From: Escherichia phage vB_Eco_Sem3 | Strand: one strand, 5' to 3' | Length of the DNA stretch: 45,137 nucleotides | Sequence record: PV775410.1 | Shown: positions 1 through 8,858 of the stretch, piece after piece | How the letters are laid out: every line of letters begins with the position of its first letter | How positions within the stretch are numbered: position 1 is the first letter of the stretch | Notes under the pieces: model-generated | Told to the model about the DNA's origin: nothing | Seen by the model: only the letters and a program-made list of their open reading frames with translations | The model's database searches: none | Translations under genes and position numbers: made by a program

Positions 1-114
1 ACCTGGTTCTTTAATTGCGCTTCGAAAGTCGAGTTTACATTACGGCCTAGATGGTGCTGATCACAGGTCCTTCGGACGTAAATCTTCAAATGGCACGGCT
101 CCTAGCCAGCACCA

Positions 115-415
115 ATAGCCCACGCCCTCCCACCCTGTCAAACGCTCAGGAATGGCCCTGAATAGCCTCAGGAATGCACTAAGCGGCTTCACTAAGGCAA
201 TCACCTTGTCCACCACTAAGCCATCCCTAGGCCGTCCTAGGCGCTCTCCAGCGTTCCACCTTGCTAGTACATGAGCAAAGACTAGGCTGTACCAGCTAAC
301 TAGTACGGCCTGCCCTTGTGTACTACTAAGCTAGTACAAGGAGTACATCAGCCCTGCCCCGTCGAAGACGGATTTCCTCAGGCCACCCTATGGGGGCAAC
401 CCGGCGAGGGCGAGG
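115..415. repeat. Direct terminal repeat, copy A (301 bp, identical to 44829-45129)
   Basis: Read directly: agcccacgccctcccaccctg...ccggcgagggcgagg is identical at both ends of the window; contains four ACTAAG motifs. 113 bp of unique sequence lies outside it (1-114). Confidence 0.9.
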
Positions 416-468
416 GCGAGAGAGCTGACACACGCCTACATCAAAATTTTGACTTTGTTACCTGAATG

Positions 469-843
469 TTACAGGTCTACTGGAAGCCATACCTTCTTCT
501 GCCCTTGGGTTACACTAAGAGAAGACCTATCATAGTCACGTGAATACTTGAGATTGTACTCTTCAGTACACCACTCTAAGTTGTCTACATGATTATGTGC
601 CTTGTCTTCATCCTTGTGGTTCACTAAGGGAAGATTATGAGGATTAGGCAAATGACACAGTGCAACCAAGCGATGCACACGGAATGTCTTCTTGCCTTCC
701 TCGTTACTAAGAACTACGTTCAAATACCCACTCTTTGACTTGCCCGGCTTCAGTATCTTGTGATTACCAATGAGCGATTTGACACGTCCATGAGTAGACA
801 CTTGATACCGTGGGTAGCCGGGAACAGTTACCCACGTTTCCAT
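469..843 (-). CDS. HNH homing endonuclease (124 aa)
   Basis: HNH motif ...LVNHKDEDKAHNHVDNLEW... and N-terminal YPRYQVSTHGRVKS (NUMOD-like); RBS AAGGAG upstream of ATG. Confidence 0.8.
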   Translation of the reverse strand: METWVTVPGYPRYQVSTHGRVKSLIGNHKILKPGKSKSGYLNVVLSNEEGKKTFRVHRLVALCHLPNPHNLPLVNHKDEDKAHNHVDNLEWCTEEYNLKYSRDYDRSSLSVTQGQKKVWLPVDL

Positions 844-853
844 ATCAATCTCC

Positions 854-997
854 TTAAGATGCAGAAGGTTTCTTCATGGCACGACGTTGTACATCCTTGG
901 CAATGGCATAAGCTTGCTTAGGGTCACGTCCTGATTGAATAAGCTCTTCTGTGTTCTGGCGTACAGCACTTTGCTTAACTGATTTGATTAATGGCAT
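854..997 (-). CDS. Hypothetical small basic protein (47 aa, MPLIKSVKQSAVRQNTEELIQ...)
   Basis: Hand-called ORF below the track size cutoff; RBS AGGAAG upstream; sits between tailspike 2 and the HNH gene. Confidence 0.35.
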   Translation of the reverse strand: MPLIKSVKQSAVRQNTEELIQSGRDPKQAYAIAKDVQRRAMKKPSAS

Positions 998-1008
998 TCA
1001 ACTTCCTA

Positions 1009-2721
1009 CTACTTTGCAACCCAACCTTGAGCAGATGTACCAGATTCTTTAACGTACAATGTACTACCACCAGAACCATTGATATCAGTTGCTAAAGAGC
1101 CTACAGGTGCACCTACGCCTAAAGTTGTAGGGTTGCCATTTAGTCCATAAACAATCACCGTACTAGAACCAACTCCTTGGTTATTCTGAGGCGCCTGTGT
1201 GCCATAGCAATCATTGCCAATGAGTTTAATATTGGAACAAGAAGAAGTAACACGAATACCAAGGCTTGGCTTGTTAGGGCTTTCTCCGTCTACTCCAATA
1301 TTACCTTCTACTAGGATGTTGTTAGCCCCTGTGTCTATACTAATGAAGTGCCTACCTGCTTCAGCTGTAGATACTTCCTTCATATTATTGGCTTTAATCA
1401 CTAGACCGCTAGCCTTGCAGTTTACATGAATACCATATTGCCCTAATTTAGAGAAGATATTACGACTAAGTATACCTCCTCCTGATAAACCAGTACCAAT
1501 GAATGTAGTAGCATCAGACTCACCTAACCAAATCCCACTACCTCTACCGTTTTCCCAAGTATTACCTTCGATGTGGTATTTTGTCCCAAAGCGTAAACCG
1601 ATTAACCCTAAGCCACCAGAGCCTGTATTACCTTTTACAATTAAATTCTTACACCACCTTGCATCTACACCATAGGATACATCCTCTGTGAGGATCATAG
1701 TATTATTAGAAATTTCAATATGGTCATGCCAAATGTCACTAATATCAGTAAAAGGCCAAGATGGTGCAGCAATTAGAACTGGTGTCCTTACGCCATCAAA
1801 AGTGCAATCTACAATACTACCTTGTCGAGTACCCTGCGGTTTAGTCTGAGATGAGACAGGTGTAACATGGACACCTCTTGCATTAGAGTTCCTAAATGTG
1901 CAACCACGCACTGTCCAGTTTTTCCAGTTAAATACACGGACACCTGCAAAGAGAGCACCATCTGTAGTGCAATTCAAGATACGGATATTGTTGTCCTGTA
2001 CACCGTAAGCTGAGGCGTGATTTCCAATCAGTGCACCATAACCTCCAAACCCTGATTCTGTGTTTGGACCAGCATAGCAATTCTCCACCAGCATACCACT
2101 TGACTGTACATAGTGACCAACTGTAATAAGACCTGGGTCTAACTGTATAGCCTCTGAGAAGTTACGACTGCCTGTATTCTTAAAACCTAGGAATTTGCAA
2201 TCACGAATAACTACGTTGTTCCAATCTGCTAAATCTATGGCGTGGTAGTCCACTACATTGTTAACTGTTATGCCTTCAAACTTCAAATCATTATTACTAG
2301 TAGATGCAAATACTACAAAAGGTGTATCTCCCTTAGTGTGACCATTGCCTTCATAGATACCTCCACTGACTGTTACATTACTAGCTTGCCCTTGTGATAA
2401 TCTGAATAACGTATCTCCTGTTTCGTAGTCACGTACAAATGTTACACCTTTAGCAACCTTGAAGTGTGTATTAGCAAATATCTCAACAGTACCACTGAGT
2501 TTGTATTTTCCAGCTTTAGTGACTAATACAGTGCCACCGCCTAACACTCTGACTGCATTGAACGCAGCTTGAAGTGCTTGCCTGTTGTCATTGGAAGATG
2601 GAGTAACTCCAAAATCCGCAACATCTATTGTATCCGATAGTTTATCAGATAGCAGGCGCTCAATAGTACCTGTTAGTTTACTCTTGTACTTCACCAAGTA
2701 AGCACTTAATCTTTGAAGCAT
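1009..2721 (-). CDS. Tailspike protein 2, putative capsule/polysaccharide depolymerase (right-handed beta-helix)
   Basis: 570 aa; repetitive Gly/Asn/Thr/Val-rich beta-helix-like sequence (…NNVVDYHAIDLADWNNVVIRDCKF…); short N-terminal anchor region; RBS GAGGAGG; position matches the second tailspike of SP6/K1-5-type phages. Confidence 0.7.
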   Translation of the reverse strand: MLQRLSAYLVKYKSKLTGTIERLLSDKLSDTIDVADFGVTPSSNDNRQALQAAFNAVRVLGGGTVLVTKAGKYKLSGTVEIFANTHFKVAKGVTFVRDYETGDTLFRLSQGQASNVTVSGGIYEGNGHTKGDTPFVVFASTSNNDLKFEGITVNNVVDYHAIDLADWNNVVIRDCKFLGFKNTGSRNFSEAIQLDPGLITVGHYVQSSGMLVENCYAGPNTESGFGGYGALIGNHASAYGVQDNNIRILNCTTDGALFAGVRVFNWKNWTVRGCTFRNSNARGVHVTPVSSQTKPQGTRQGSIVDCTFDGVRTPVLIAAPSWPFTDISDIWHDHIEISNNTMILTEDVSYGVDARWCKNLIVKGNTGSGGLGLIGLRFGTKYHIEGNTWENGRGSGIWLGESDATTFIGTGLSGGGILSRNIFSKLGQYGIHVNCKASGLVIKANNMKEVSTAEAGRHFISIDTGANNILVEGNIGVDGESPNKPSLGIRVTSSCSNIKLIGNDCYGTQAPQNNQGVGSSTVIVYGLNGNPTTLGVGAPVGSLATDINGSGGSTLYVKESGTSAQGWVAK

Positions 2722-2806
2722 GTAACCTCCTCTTCTGAAAGGCTACCACCATGATAACCTTTAAGAAAAGTTGCGTGAAAAGCAGTGCTTACGCACTGCC
2801 TGTCTC

Positions 2807-4705
2807 TCACTTAGGCAGGGAAGCTAGTGCTTCCTGCATACGCTTGATAGTCCTACGCATCAACGCAGCCTCTAATATCAGTACTTCCTCGTAACGAATA
2901 CCGTAGCGGGAACCTGCTGGTGTAATCAGTTTACGAGAGCCATTGGCATCTTCCTCGTATACATCATCCCAACTGTCGAAGCACAAGAAGCCATAGCGGT
3001 GTGCATCTATGCCGTGACGTTCGAAAGCCTCCTTAGCTCGCTGAGCGATGATACCGAAGTGCCATCTAGCTGAGTCTGCACCCTTCTCCTCAACACGATC
3101 CAAATACTGAAACTGCACAAAGTCAACTTCAGACCAAGCATCCAGTAAGGCATCTGATATAGTAAGAGGTTCTGTTTTACACCGAGCATCTGAGGTGACA
3201 GTGAATGCTGCTTGAGTAAAACCGCCAGACCATGCCCGACTGGCGGAACCTAATGCATATGTACCAGTACTATCTGGGGTCATTGCATCAGCACCTAACT
3301 GCAAAAAGCCTGTGCTACTGGTAGAAAGACGCACGTTACCGTTGGTGAGGGACACTGTCCGAGAAGTACCATCAGAAGTAAATAGGCGAACTTGAGAAGA
3401 AGTGCCCCCACCTACAGCTAATGACACAGCACCATCTCCAAGCATTCTGTACTTATCAGCAGAAGTAAGAACACCTGAAGGGAGTGACATGGACTTAATC
3501 CGCCATTCGAACCTACCTGACATACTACCTATGTACTGCCCTAAGGCAGGTGCGTGCACTACGTTACTATTATTAGTGCCGTCAATAGTAGCTGCACCGT
3601 CAATAGTACTAGCAGAACTGAGAATGTCGTTTCTCCTGCCAGGGTGCTTTACCTCTACGAAGTTACGGGTAGAGCCGGATTCGAAAGTAATAACACCTGT
3701 AGCACTGTAGCTAGGAAATACAGACGCATAGTTGTTATTAGCTGTACCTATAAAGCGTGCAATTGTAGCAGTCTGCCCTTGTCCTAAAGAGTTAGTACCA
3801 TCACATCCTGACATAAGCACATTATTTATGACGTTATCAGATCCCTCTACGGTAACACCATGAGCCTGCCTAGCATCAGAAGTTGAGTAATCTACGAGCA
3901 CGTCTGATATTAAGTTCGTACTTCCTTTGCCTGCAACAACCGCTGCATACTTAGGGTTATTAGCCATCACCCCACTGATAAGGTTATTAGAAGGAGCTAT
4001 TGGCCCTTCAGTGCCGTTGTAAGTTACATGCTGGCAATCTGCCCCTATAACATTACTGACTATGTTGTAACTGGCTGTACCTTTCAACTCTACTGCTCCG
4101 AACTGAGGGTAGTTCTTAGCAATGACGTTATCTATGAGGGAGTTAACTGAGGAGTCAGCAAGTACGCATCCGGCTGCCTTATTAGTAGCATAGCCTGAAT
4201 AGCTACCTCGAATACCTTTAATCATAAGCCCCTCAGGTGGCGCATCATTAGGGTATGCGATTAAACTGAAACCAGTACCTTTAACGTTTGAGAAGTTAAC
4301 GTCACTTACAGTAACATCACTTCCACCAGCAAGAGATACCTGCTGTCCCTGAGTTGTATCAGTCGCCTTATTACTTTCTACCGTAATATTACTTAAGCGA
4401 CCTGCACGTAGATTGTTAAATACTAAGTAGTTACCTGTACTGGAACGGTGACTTAGCACGCCACTACCCCTACCGTCTAAGTTACAGTAATTACTATTAA
4501 TACCAGAGCTAGAGAATACACCATCTGAGACTGTGACAGCTTTCTGAGAGTTTAATGAAGCAGCTATAACCTCCGTATCATCAGTAGTGGCGTCACCTGC
4601 AGCACCAAACGGCTTTGATGTTAAAACTCTCGCATCAAGGTACTCATACAAAGATTGTCCTTTATGCAAGATTCCTTCAGTATTAGGTTTGGTTAATTTA
4701 GCCAT
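2807..4705 (-). CDS. Tailspike protein 1 with C-terminal intramolecular chaperone (peptidase S74-type autoprocessing) domain
   Basis: Start at MAKLTKP (RBS GGAG; track ORF extends 20 codons further upstream). Beta-helix-like body; C-terminus …SDARCKTEPLTISDALLDAWSEVDFVQFQYLDR…FGIIAQRAKEAFERHGID…GFLCFDSWDD resembles the autocleaving chaperone domain of endosialidase-type tailspikes. Confidence 0.8.
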   Translation of the reverse strand: MAKLTKPNTEGILHKGQSLYEYLDARVLTSKPFGAAGDATTDDTEVIAASLNSQKAVTVSDGVFSSSGINSNYCNLDGRGSGVLSHRSSTGNYLVFNNLRAGRLSNITVESNKATDTTQGQQVSLAGGSDVTVSDVNFSNVKGTGFSLIAYPNDAPPEGLMIKGIRGSYSGYATNKAAGCVLADSSVNSLIDNVIAKNYPQFGAVELKGTASYNIVSNVIGADCQHVTYNGTEGPIAPSNNLISGVMANNPKYAAVVAGKGSTNLISDVLVDYSTSDARQAHGVTVEGSDNVINNVLMSGCDGTNSLGQGQTATIARFIGTANNNYASVFPSYSATGVITFESGSTRNFVEVKHPGRRNDILSSASTIDGAATIDGTNNSNVVHAPALGQYIGSMSGRFEWRIKSMSLPSGVLTSADKYRMLGDGAVSLAVGGGTSSQVRLFTSDGTSRTVSLTNGNVRLSTSSTGFLQLGADAMTPDSTGTYALGSASRAWSGGFTQAAFTVTSDARCKTEPLTISDALLDAWSEVDFVQFQYLDRVEEKGADSARWHFGIIAQRAKEAFERHGIDAHRYGFLCFDSWDDVYEEDANGSRKLITPAGSRYGIRYEEVLILEAALMRRTIKRMQEALASLPK

Positions 4706-4784
4706 GCTATCTCCTATTACTTTCCAACCCTCCCTATGAAGATTGGCTAGTAATAGGCCGCTCAAAAGAACGGCGCTATCTTAT

Positions 4785-4807
4785 CTCTTCTATAGTGTCC
4801 AGTAAAT
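4785..4807 (-). promoter_or_regulatory. Phage RNAP promoter (late class, CCAGT variant) upstream of tailspike 1
   Basis: Minus strand reads ATTTACTGGACACTATAGAAGAG, close to the SP6 promoter ATTTAGGTGACACTATAGAAG. Confidence 0.7.
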
Positions 4808-4836
4808 CGTAAGACACTGATACATAAAGCTATGTA

Positions 4837-5034
4837 TTAATTATATCCGCGTTCCAGCGAAAGAATATACAAACCTAATTTTGTAGCGTCAGGCTTACTA
4901 AAGCAGACCTTATCGTCTACCTCGTAAACTTCCGTCAGCGTCGGCCTCAGAGGTTTCACCATTGCTTTCTCTGGTAACGCCTGCTGACACCCGGAAGTGA
5001 TCAGCGAACCAATCAGAAGGGTTGTCACTAACAT
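4837..5034 (-). CDS. Putative o-spanin-like outer-membrane lipoprotein (65 aa)
   Basis: Internal start MLVTTLLIGSLITSGC gives a signal peptide plus lipobox (TSG-C); mature part is Pro-containing with a second Cys; overlaps the adjacent membrane ORF in another frame, as Rz/Rz1 pairs do. Confidence 0.45.
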   Translation of the reverse strand: MLVTTLLIGSLITSGCQQALPEKAMVKPLRPTLTEVYEVDDKVCFSKPDATKLGLYILSLERGYN

Positions 5035-5131
5035 GATTCGCTTCACTTTGTGCCTCCTTCTCTTCTTGTTTCTTCTTAGCAGAGACAAGCAGGCCAATAA
5101 GACCTGCCAGAACTTCTAGAAACTTATTCAC
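4910..5131 (-). CDS. Membrane protein, i-spanin candidate (73 aa)
   Basis: Hydrophobic segment FLEVLAGLIGLLVSA followed by a charged tail; no ATG anywhere in the ORF (only a GTG start without an RBS), so it may be the frameshifted continuation of the 49-aa ORF at 5124-5273. Confidence 0.3.
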   Translation of the reverse strand: MNKFLEVLAGLIGLLVSAKKKQEEKEAQSEANHVSDNPSDWFADHFRVSAGVTRESNGETSEADADGSLRGRR

Positions 5132-5273
5132 AGGTGATCACTTGGCAGACCACATCTGTCACAGAGGATTCCGTGCCAGAGCCAAGGTCTACACCAAGAC
5201 CTACAGAAACAAGAGCAATTGCCAATGCAACTAGTGCACCTACAACCTTCTTAGATTTGAACAGCTTTTTCAT
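5124..5273 (-). CDS. Small membrane protein (49 aa, MKKLFKSKKVVGALVALAIALVSVGLGVDLGSG...)
   Basis: Hand-called; strong RBS AGGGAGG 5 nt before ATG; basic N-terminus then one hydrophobic helix; lies in the lysis cluster. Confidence 0.45.
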   Translation of the reverse strand: MKKLFKSKKVVGALVALAIALVSVGLGVDLGSGTESSVTDVVCQVITCE

Positions 5274-5381
5274 TGCACCTCCCTTTCCATTGTGCTAATA
5301 AAGTTGAGTAGTTCTGCCAATCTTCATAGTTACCTTCCTCTGAAGCCTTAGCAACCATGCGTTCACACCATGCAACACAAC

Positions 5382-5726
5382 CTACCATCGTGCACACCCG
5401 TCACGTACATCAATATGAGTAAAGGAGTTATACTTACCAATCCCATATTTGCCTTGGTACTTATCAGTAAGATACTTATGTACATCAGAAGGTAAGATGC
5501 CTCGTACCTTAATGTCAGCAGCCTTACCAGTAAGATGCATGGAGTTCTTAGCTCCTCCTACATTAGCATTGTGCTTAGCACAGCGGTGCCCCGAAGTGAT
5601 AACTACAGGAGAACCAAAGTGCTCACGCACATCTGTGACTACCTGTAGTAATTCAGCATCAACAGTGGATGTACCGCACCCACAACGGCAAGCGAACTCA
5701 CGGCGCTTGAAGTATTTGTTAAGCAT
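5382..5726 (-). CDS. Endolysin, L-alanyl-D-glutamate peptidase (peptidase M15 / VanY-like zinc peptidase)
   Basis: Start at MLNKYFKRREF (RBS GGTGGAG; TAATG overlap with the upstream gene stop). Motifs SGHRCAKHN…MHLTGKAADI…FTHIDVRD match the His/Asp/His zinc site of M15 peptidases. Confidence 0.8.
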   Translation of the reverse strand: MLNKYFKRREFACRCGCGTSTVDAELLQVVTDVREHFGSPVVITSGHRCAKHNANVGGAKNSMHLTGKAADIKVRGILPSDVHKYLTDKYQGKYGIGKYNSFTHIDVRDGCARW

Positions 5727-6019
5727 TATTCTCCACCTGCTGGAGTAACGGCTGACGATTCCATACCAGTTACATCCCAAGAGTCTGTTGGTTCACTACC
5801 ACGTGCAACAGCAATATGCATGGTTGTGTCATCTCTCTCAACAGCAACCATTGCACCTTTCTGCTTACCTGACAGGTGTTTGATGTTGATAGGGTGATCT
5901 TTACTCTTAAGGTCTGCTTCTTTAACAACAGGCATCGGGATTGCCGTTGCAATAGTTTGTACTGCTTTTACTCGAAAAGCCTGACCCGTAACAGAACCTG
6001 TAGTACCATATTTAGCCAT
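5726..6019 (-). CDS. Hypothetical protein, 97 aa (paralog of 6038-6316)
   Basis: Strong RBS AAGGAGG; shares PV(V/I)K.E..K…SGKQKGAMV…IA.A..G…W with the neighbouring ORF. Confidence 0.6.
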   Translation of the reverse strand: MAKYGTTGSVTGQAFRVKAVQTIATAIPMPVVKEADLKSKDHPINIKHLSGKQKGAMVAVERDDTTMHIAVARGSEPTDSWDVTGMESSAVTPAGGE

Positions 6020-6037
6020 GTAATCTTCCTCCTTATC

Positions 6038-6316
6038 TTAAACTGGGTTAACAGTTGGTTCCACTGTTACTAACTTCCACTCTGAATCTTCTTTGCCATC
6101 AACCGCGATAGCAATCTTCAATACACCACCTTCCACTTCAAGGCACACCATGGCCCCTTTCTGTTTACCTGATTTGGTGGCATCATTAATAGCATTGCTT
6201 TTCTTACTAGCTTCCTCTTTTTTGATTACCGGAAGCATTAGTTCTTCACTTACAGGTTGTACCTGCTTTCTCTTAGACTTACCTGTTAATGGTTGACTAC
6301 TATAATCATTAGCCAT
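6038..6316 (-). CDS. Hypothetical protein, 92 aa (paralog of 5726-6019)
   Basis: Start at MANDYSSQ (RBS AGGAGAGAGAC); the track ORF has a 22-codon upstream extension without an RBS. Confidence 0.55.
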   Translation of the reverse strand: MANDYSSQPLTGKSKRKQVQPVSEELMLPVIKKEEASKKSNAINDATKSGKQKGAMVCLEVEGGVLKIAIAVDGKEDSEWKLVTVEPTVNPV

Positions 6317-6453
6317 TGTCTCTCTCCTATTATGTAAATATAGTAAGGTAGTAAGGAATAGGGTGTACAGGAGTACACCCATACTAAGGCATACCTATAT
6401 AACCTAGGTTAACCTATATATTACCTATTATTTTCTCTTATTATCTGGGCCTT

Positions 6454-6476
6454 CCTTCTATAGTGTCCAGTAATTA
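6454..6476 (-). promoter_or_regulatory. Phage RNAP promoter (TAATTACTGG variant) overlapping the terminase large subunit stop codon
   Basis: Minus strand reads TAATTACTGGACACTATAGAAGG. Confidence 0.6.
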
Positions 6477-8372
6477 ATAAGTCCTTGAAATCCTTGCAGA
6501 AAGTGTATTTCTGCTTGCCGATTTATTTCGGTAGTTCTGCCCGTAAACTCGCTGCTGCATCGCTACGGAAGTGTTGGTCACTCTTCGCTCAGTACCGTAA
6601 TCCCCATATAGCATTGCCCTGCGTAGATGAGGTGTGTTCATAGCATGGATGTAATCTCGCATCTCCTGCGCTCTGAGGCGATTAATCCGTGTAACCTCGT
6701 CATAGTCTATCTGAGAAGTTAATTGCCGTATAGCGCCATACAGGGCGTCTAGGCGGTCATCGTGCCGGAGGCTGTTCTTCTCAATCGTTATGTTCGACAT
6801 TTGATTGAAAAGACTGTAGGACATGCGTAGTTCAAGCGGATAGTGCTGTACCGACTCAAAGTCTGACTTCACCATCTCTGCATTGAAGATAAGCCTATGT
6901 GCTGCCATGAGCGGCTCCAGCGTCTCAATGATACGCAATTCTTTCTGTCCGGTGGCGTAATCTTCTTCCAGAGTTACAGGCCACTCTCGTTCAAAGTACG
7001 GCTTAATTACCGCCTCAAACGCGCCATGACCAAAGTTCTTCTCAATGAATACCTCTTTAACACCCGCCTGCTTTGCGGCCTGCACAATGCGATTCAGGGA
7101 CGACTCTCGGTATCCGCCAGGTACACCAAAGCACTGATACACATAAATGAATGTGCCGTGCAGGAATACGATGGCTACACCCGTCTCATCTCCGTTCTTA
7201 CCACCACCTGCAGGGTCAATATACATAATCTTGCGGGAGACAGCACCCCATTCGTATGGGCGAGCTACAGGTCTGTACATGAAATCCGTAGGCTTGTTAC
7301 CATACTTAGGTGCATCACCAATTATGTTTATGGAATCATTACTCCACGTAGGCATCACAGGGACTTCCTCTGTACCAAACGAGGTGAAGATTAGATTGTT
7401 CAGGCGTAATGGGTATCTGTCAGCATCCATCATGCGAGTGTTAAGCATGAACTGAAGCTGGAACTTAGCAGCACCCTGAGAGATTTCCTTCTCAATCAGG
7501 ACTTCATCATCATACATTTCAGGGGCACAAGGTGCACCACTATTACCATCCAACCCGTACCCTGAGCGAAGTGCGGGGTTGTCCTTCATATCTTGAACAA
7601 TCATAGGTGCAAGGAAGTCGCCATAACATTGCTCTTGCTCTACTGAAGGGTAACGCGCAGTCCAGATACGAACAGAGTAACCACGAGCAGGTAGGTTGTT
7701 GTAGATAGAGTTTACGTTCTGAGGTGTACCAAGGTAAATGATATCTCCAAACTGGTTGATAGATTCAAACTCCTTAGTCAGTTCCTCAAGCAAGGCACGG
7801 CCCGCTGCCGTACGAGCATTCTGCATCGACTCTACGTCATCCGCTAGAATAATATCAGCACGAGCACCCTGCATACCTGCTTCGATTGAGTAACAGGATA
7901 CAGAAGGAGACTTATCACTACCACGTAGGGTGTAATGAATCTCAAACGCCTTAACGGATGCACGGTCCCCAGCGTAGATATCCGGCAGCATAAACTCAAG
8001 AAAGTCTAAGCCACGGAAGATTTTAACTACCCAACCTGCGATTTCCTCTGCTCGCTTGGCGTTTTGGGACACAACCATGATACGCTTATGCGGTTCATGA
8101 ATAATACGGAAGACCGTATAGATTGCTGATAGTGTTGTCTTAGCGATACCACGAGGCGCTTCGATGAGGCGGTACTTGTGTCCGTAAAATAGGAACTTCA
8201 AGATATCAGCCTGCATACGAATCAGATGAGGGTTGCCTGCAATTAAGTTATGAATAACTGTATCTGCAAAGAGAAGCAAACCTTCCGCTGTGTAAGGAAA
8301 GGTCTGCTGTAACTCCTGTAGCATCTCCCATCTGGCAAGAGCCTCCGCTTGTGATTCTCTTGCCTTAGCCAT
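6474..8372 (-). CDS. terL: Terminase large subunit
   Basis: About 632 aa; ATPase plus nuclease architecture typical of T7 gp19-like terminases; RBS AAGGAGGA; located after the small terminase gene. Confidence 0.85.
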   Translation of the reverse strand: MAKARESQAEALARWEMLQELQQTFPYTAEGLLLFADTVIHNLIAGNPHLIRMQADILKFLFYGHKYRLIEAPRGIAKTTLSAIYTVFRIIHEPHKRIMVVSQNAKRAEEIAGWVVKIFRGLDFLEFMLPDIYAGDRASVKAFEIHYTLRGSDKSPSVSCYSIEAGMQGARADIILADDVESMQNARTAAGRALLEELTKEFESINQFGDIIYLGTPQNVNSIYNNLPARGYSVRIWTARYPSVEQEQCYGDFLAPMIVQDMKDNPALRSGYGLDGNSGAPCAPEMYDDEVLIEKEISQGAAKFQLQFMLNTRMMDADRYPLRLNNLIFTSFGTEEVPVMPTWSNDSINIIGDAPKYGNKPTDFMYRPVARPYEWGAVSRKIMYIDPAGGGKNGDETGVAIVFLHGTFIYVYQCFGVPGGYRESSLNRIVQAAKQAGVKEVFIEKNFGHGAFEAVIKPYFEREWPVTLEEDYATGQKELRIIETLEPLMAAHRLIFNAEMVKSDFESVQHYPLELRMSYSLFNQMSNITIEKNSLRHDDRLDALYGAIRQLTSQIDYDEVTRINRLRAQEMRDYIHAMNTPHLRRAMLYGDYGTERRVTNTSVAMQQRVYGQNYRNKSASRNTLSARISRTY

Positions 8373-8671
8373 CAATCCTCCTTAGTGAATTGAATTATCT
8401 TACCACTGGATGCCTCTCGGATAGCCTTGAGGCGCTTAGATAACTTGGACTCTTCCTGCTGTGCAGCAGGTGTGGCGGTAATGCCGTTATCAAGAACCCA
8501 CTTACACATCGCACCAATATCCTTACCAGACACTAAATGTAATGCTGCATCAGGGTCTTCTTCTATAGTGTCCAGTATTGCCTGTGCTTTCTTATTGAAG
8601 ATTTTGGTAATAGCACCATGCAGAATGCCAACCTCATCCTCTGTAGCTGCATGTTTATTGTGTACGCTCAC
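8372..8671 (-). CDS. terS: Terminase small subunit (99 aa, GTG start)
   Basis: RBS GGAGGGAG 6 nt before GTG, immediately after the holin stop; position equivalent to T7 gene 18. Assigned by position and size, not by motif. Confidence 0.5.
   Translation of the reverse strand: MSVHNKHAATEDEVGILHGAITKIFNKKAQAILDTIEEDPDAALHLVSGKDIGAMCKWVLDNGITATPAAQQEESKLSKRLKAIREASSGKIIQFTKED
8557..8580 (-). promoter_or_regulatory. Promoter-like sequence inside the small terminase gene
   Basis: Minus strand reads CAATACTGGACACTATAGAAGAAG: 17-nt core conserved, upstream AT-rich part divergent. Confidence 0.4.
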
Positions 8672-8849
8672 GCTTCTCCCTCCAAATCTTGAACTTATTA
8701 TAAAACCAGTCCCCAATTTGCAACACGGTATAAATGAATGTTGCTATTAACACCCAATTATCCCAACTGATACCGAGGAAGTACCCACCTGATACGAGTG
8801 CAGGTGGCGCAAGCTTCACACCACTATCTACCAGTTCGGAGTTAATCAT
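8655..8849 (-). CDS. Holin (T7 gp17.5-like)
   Basis: 64 aa; …WDNWVLIATFIYTVLQIGDWFYNKFKIWREKRE resembles the T7 holin segment NEWFYVAAIAYTVVQIGAKVVDKMIDWKK; RBS AAGGAGG; directly precedes terS as in T7. Confidence 0.7.
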   Translation of the reverse strand: MINSELVDSGVKLAPPALVSGGYFLGISWDNWVLIATFIYTVLQIGDWFYNKFKIWREKRERTQ

Positions 8850-8858
8850 CCTACCTCC

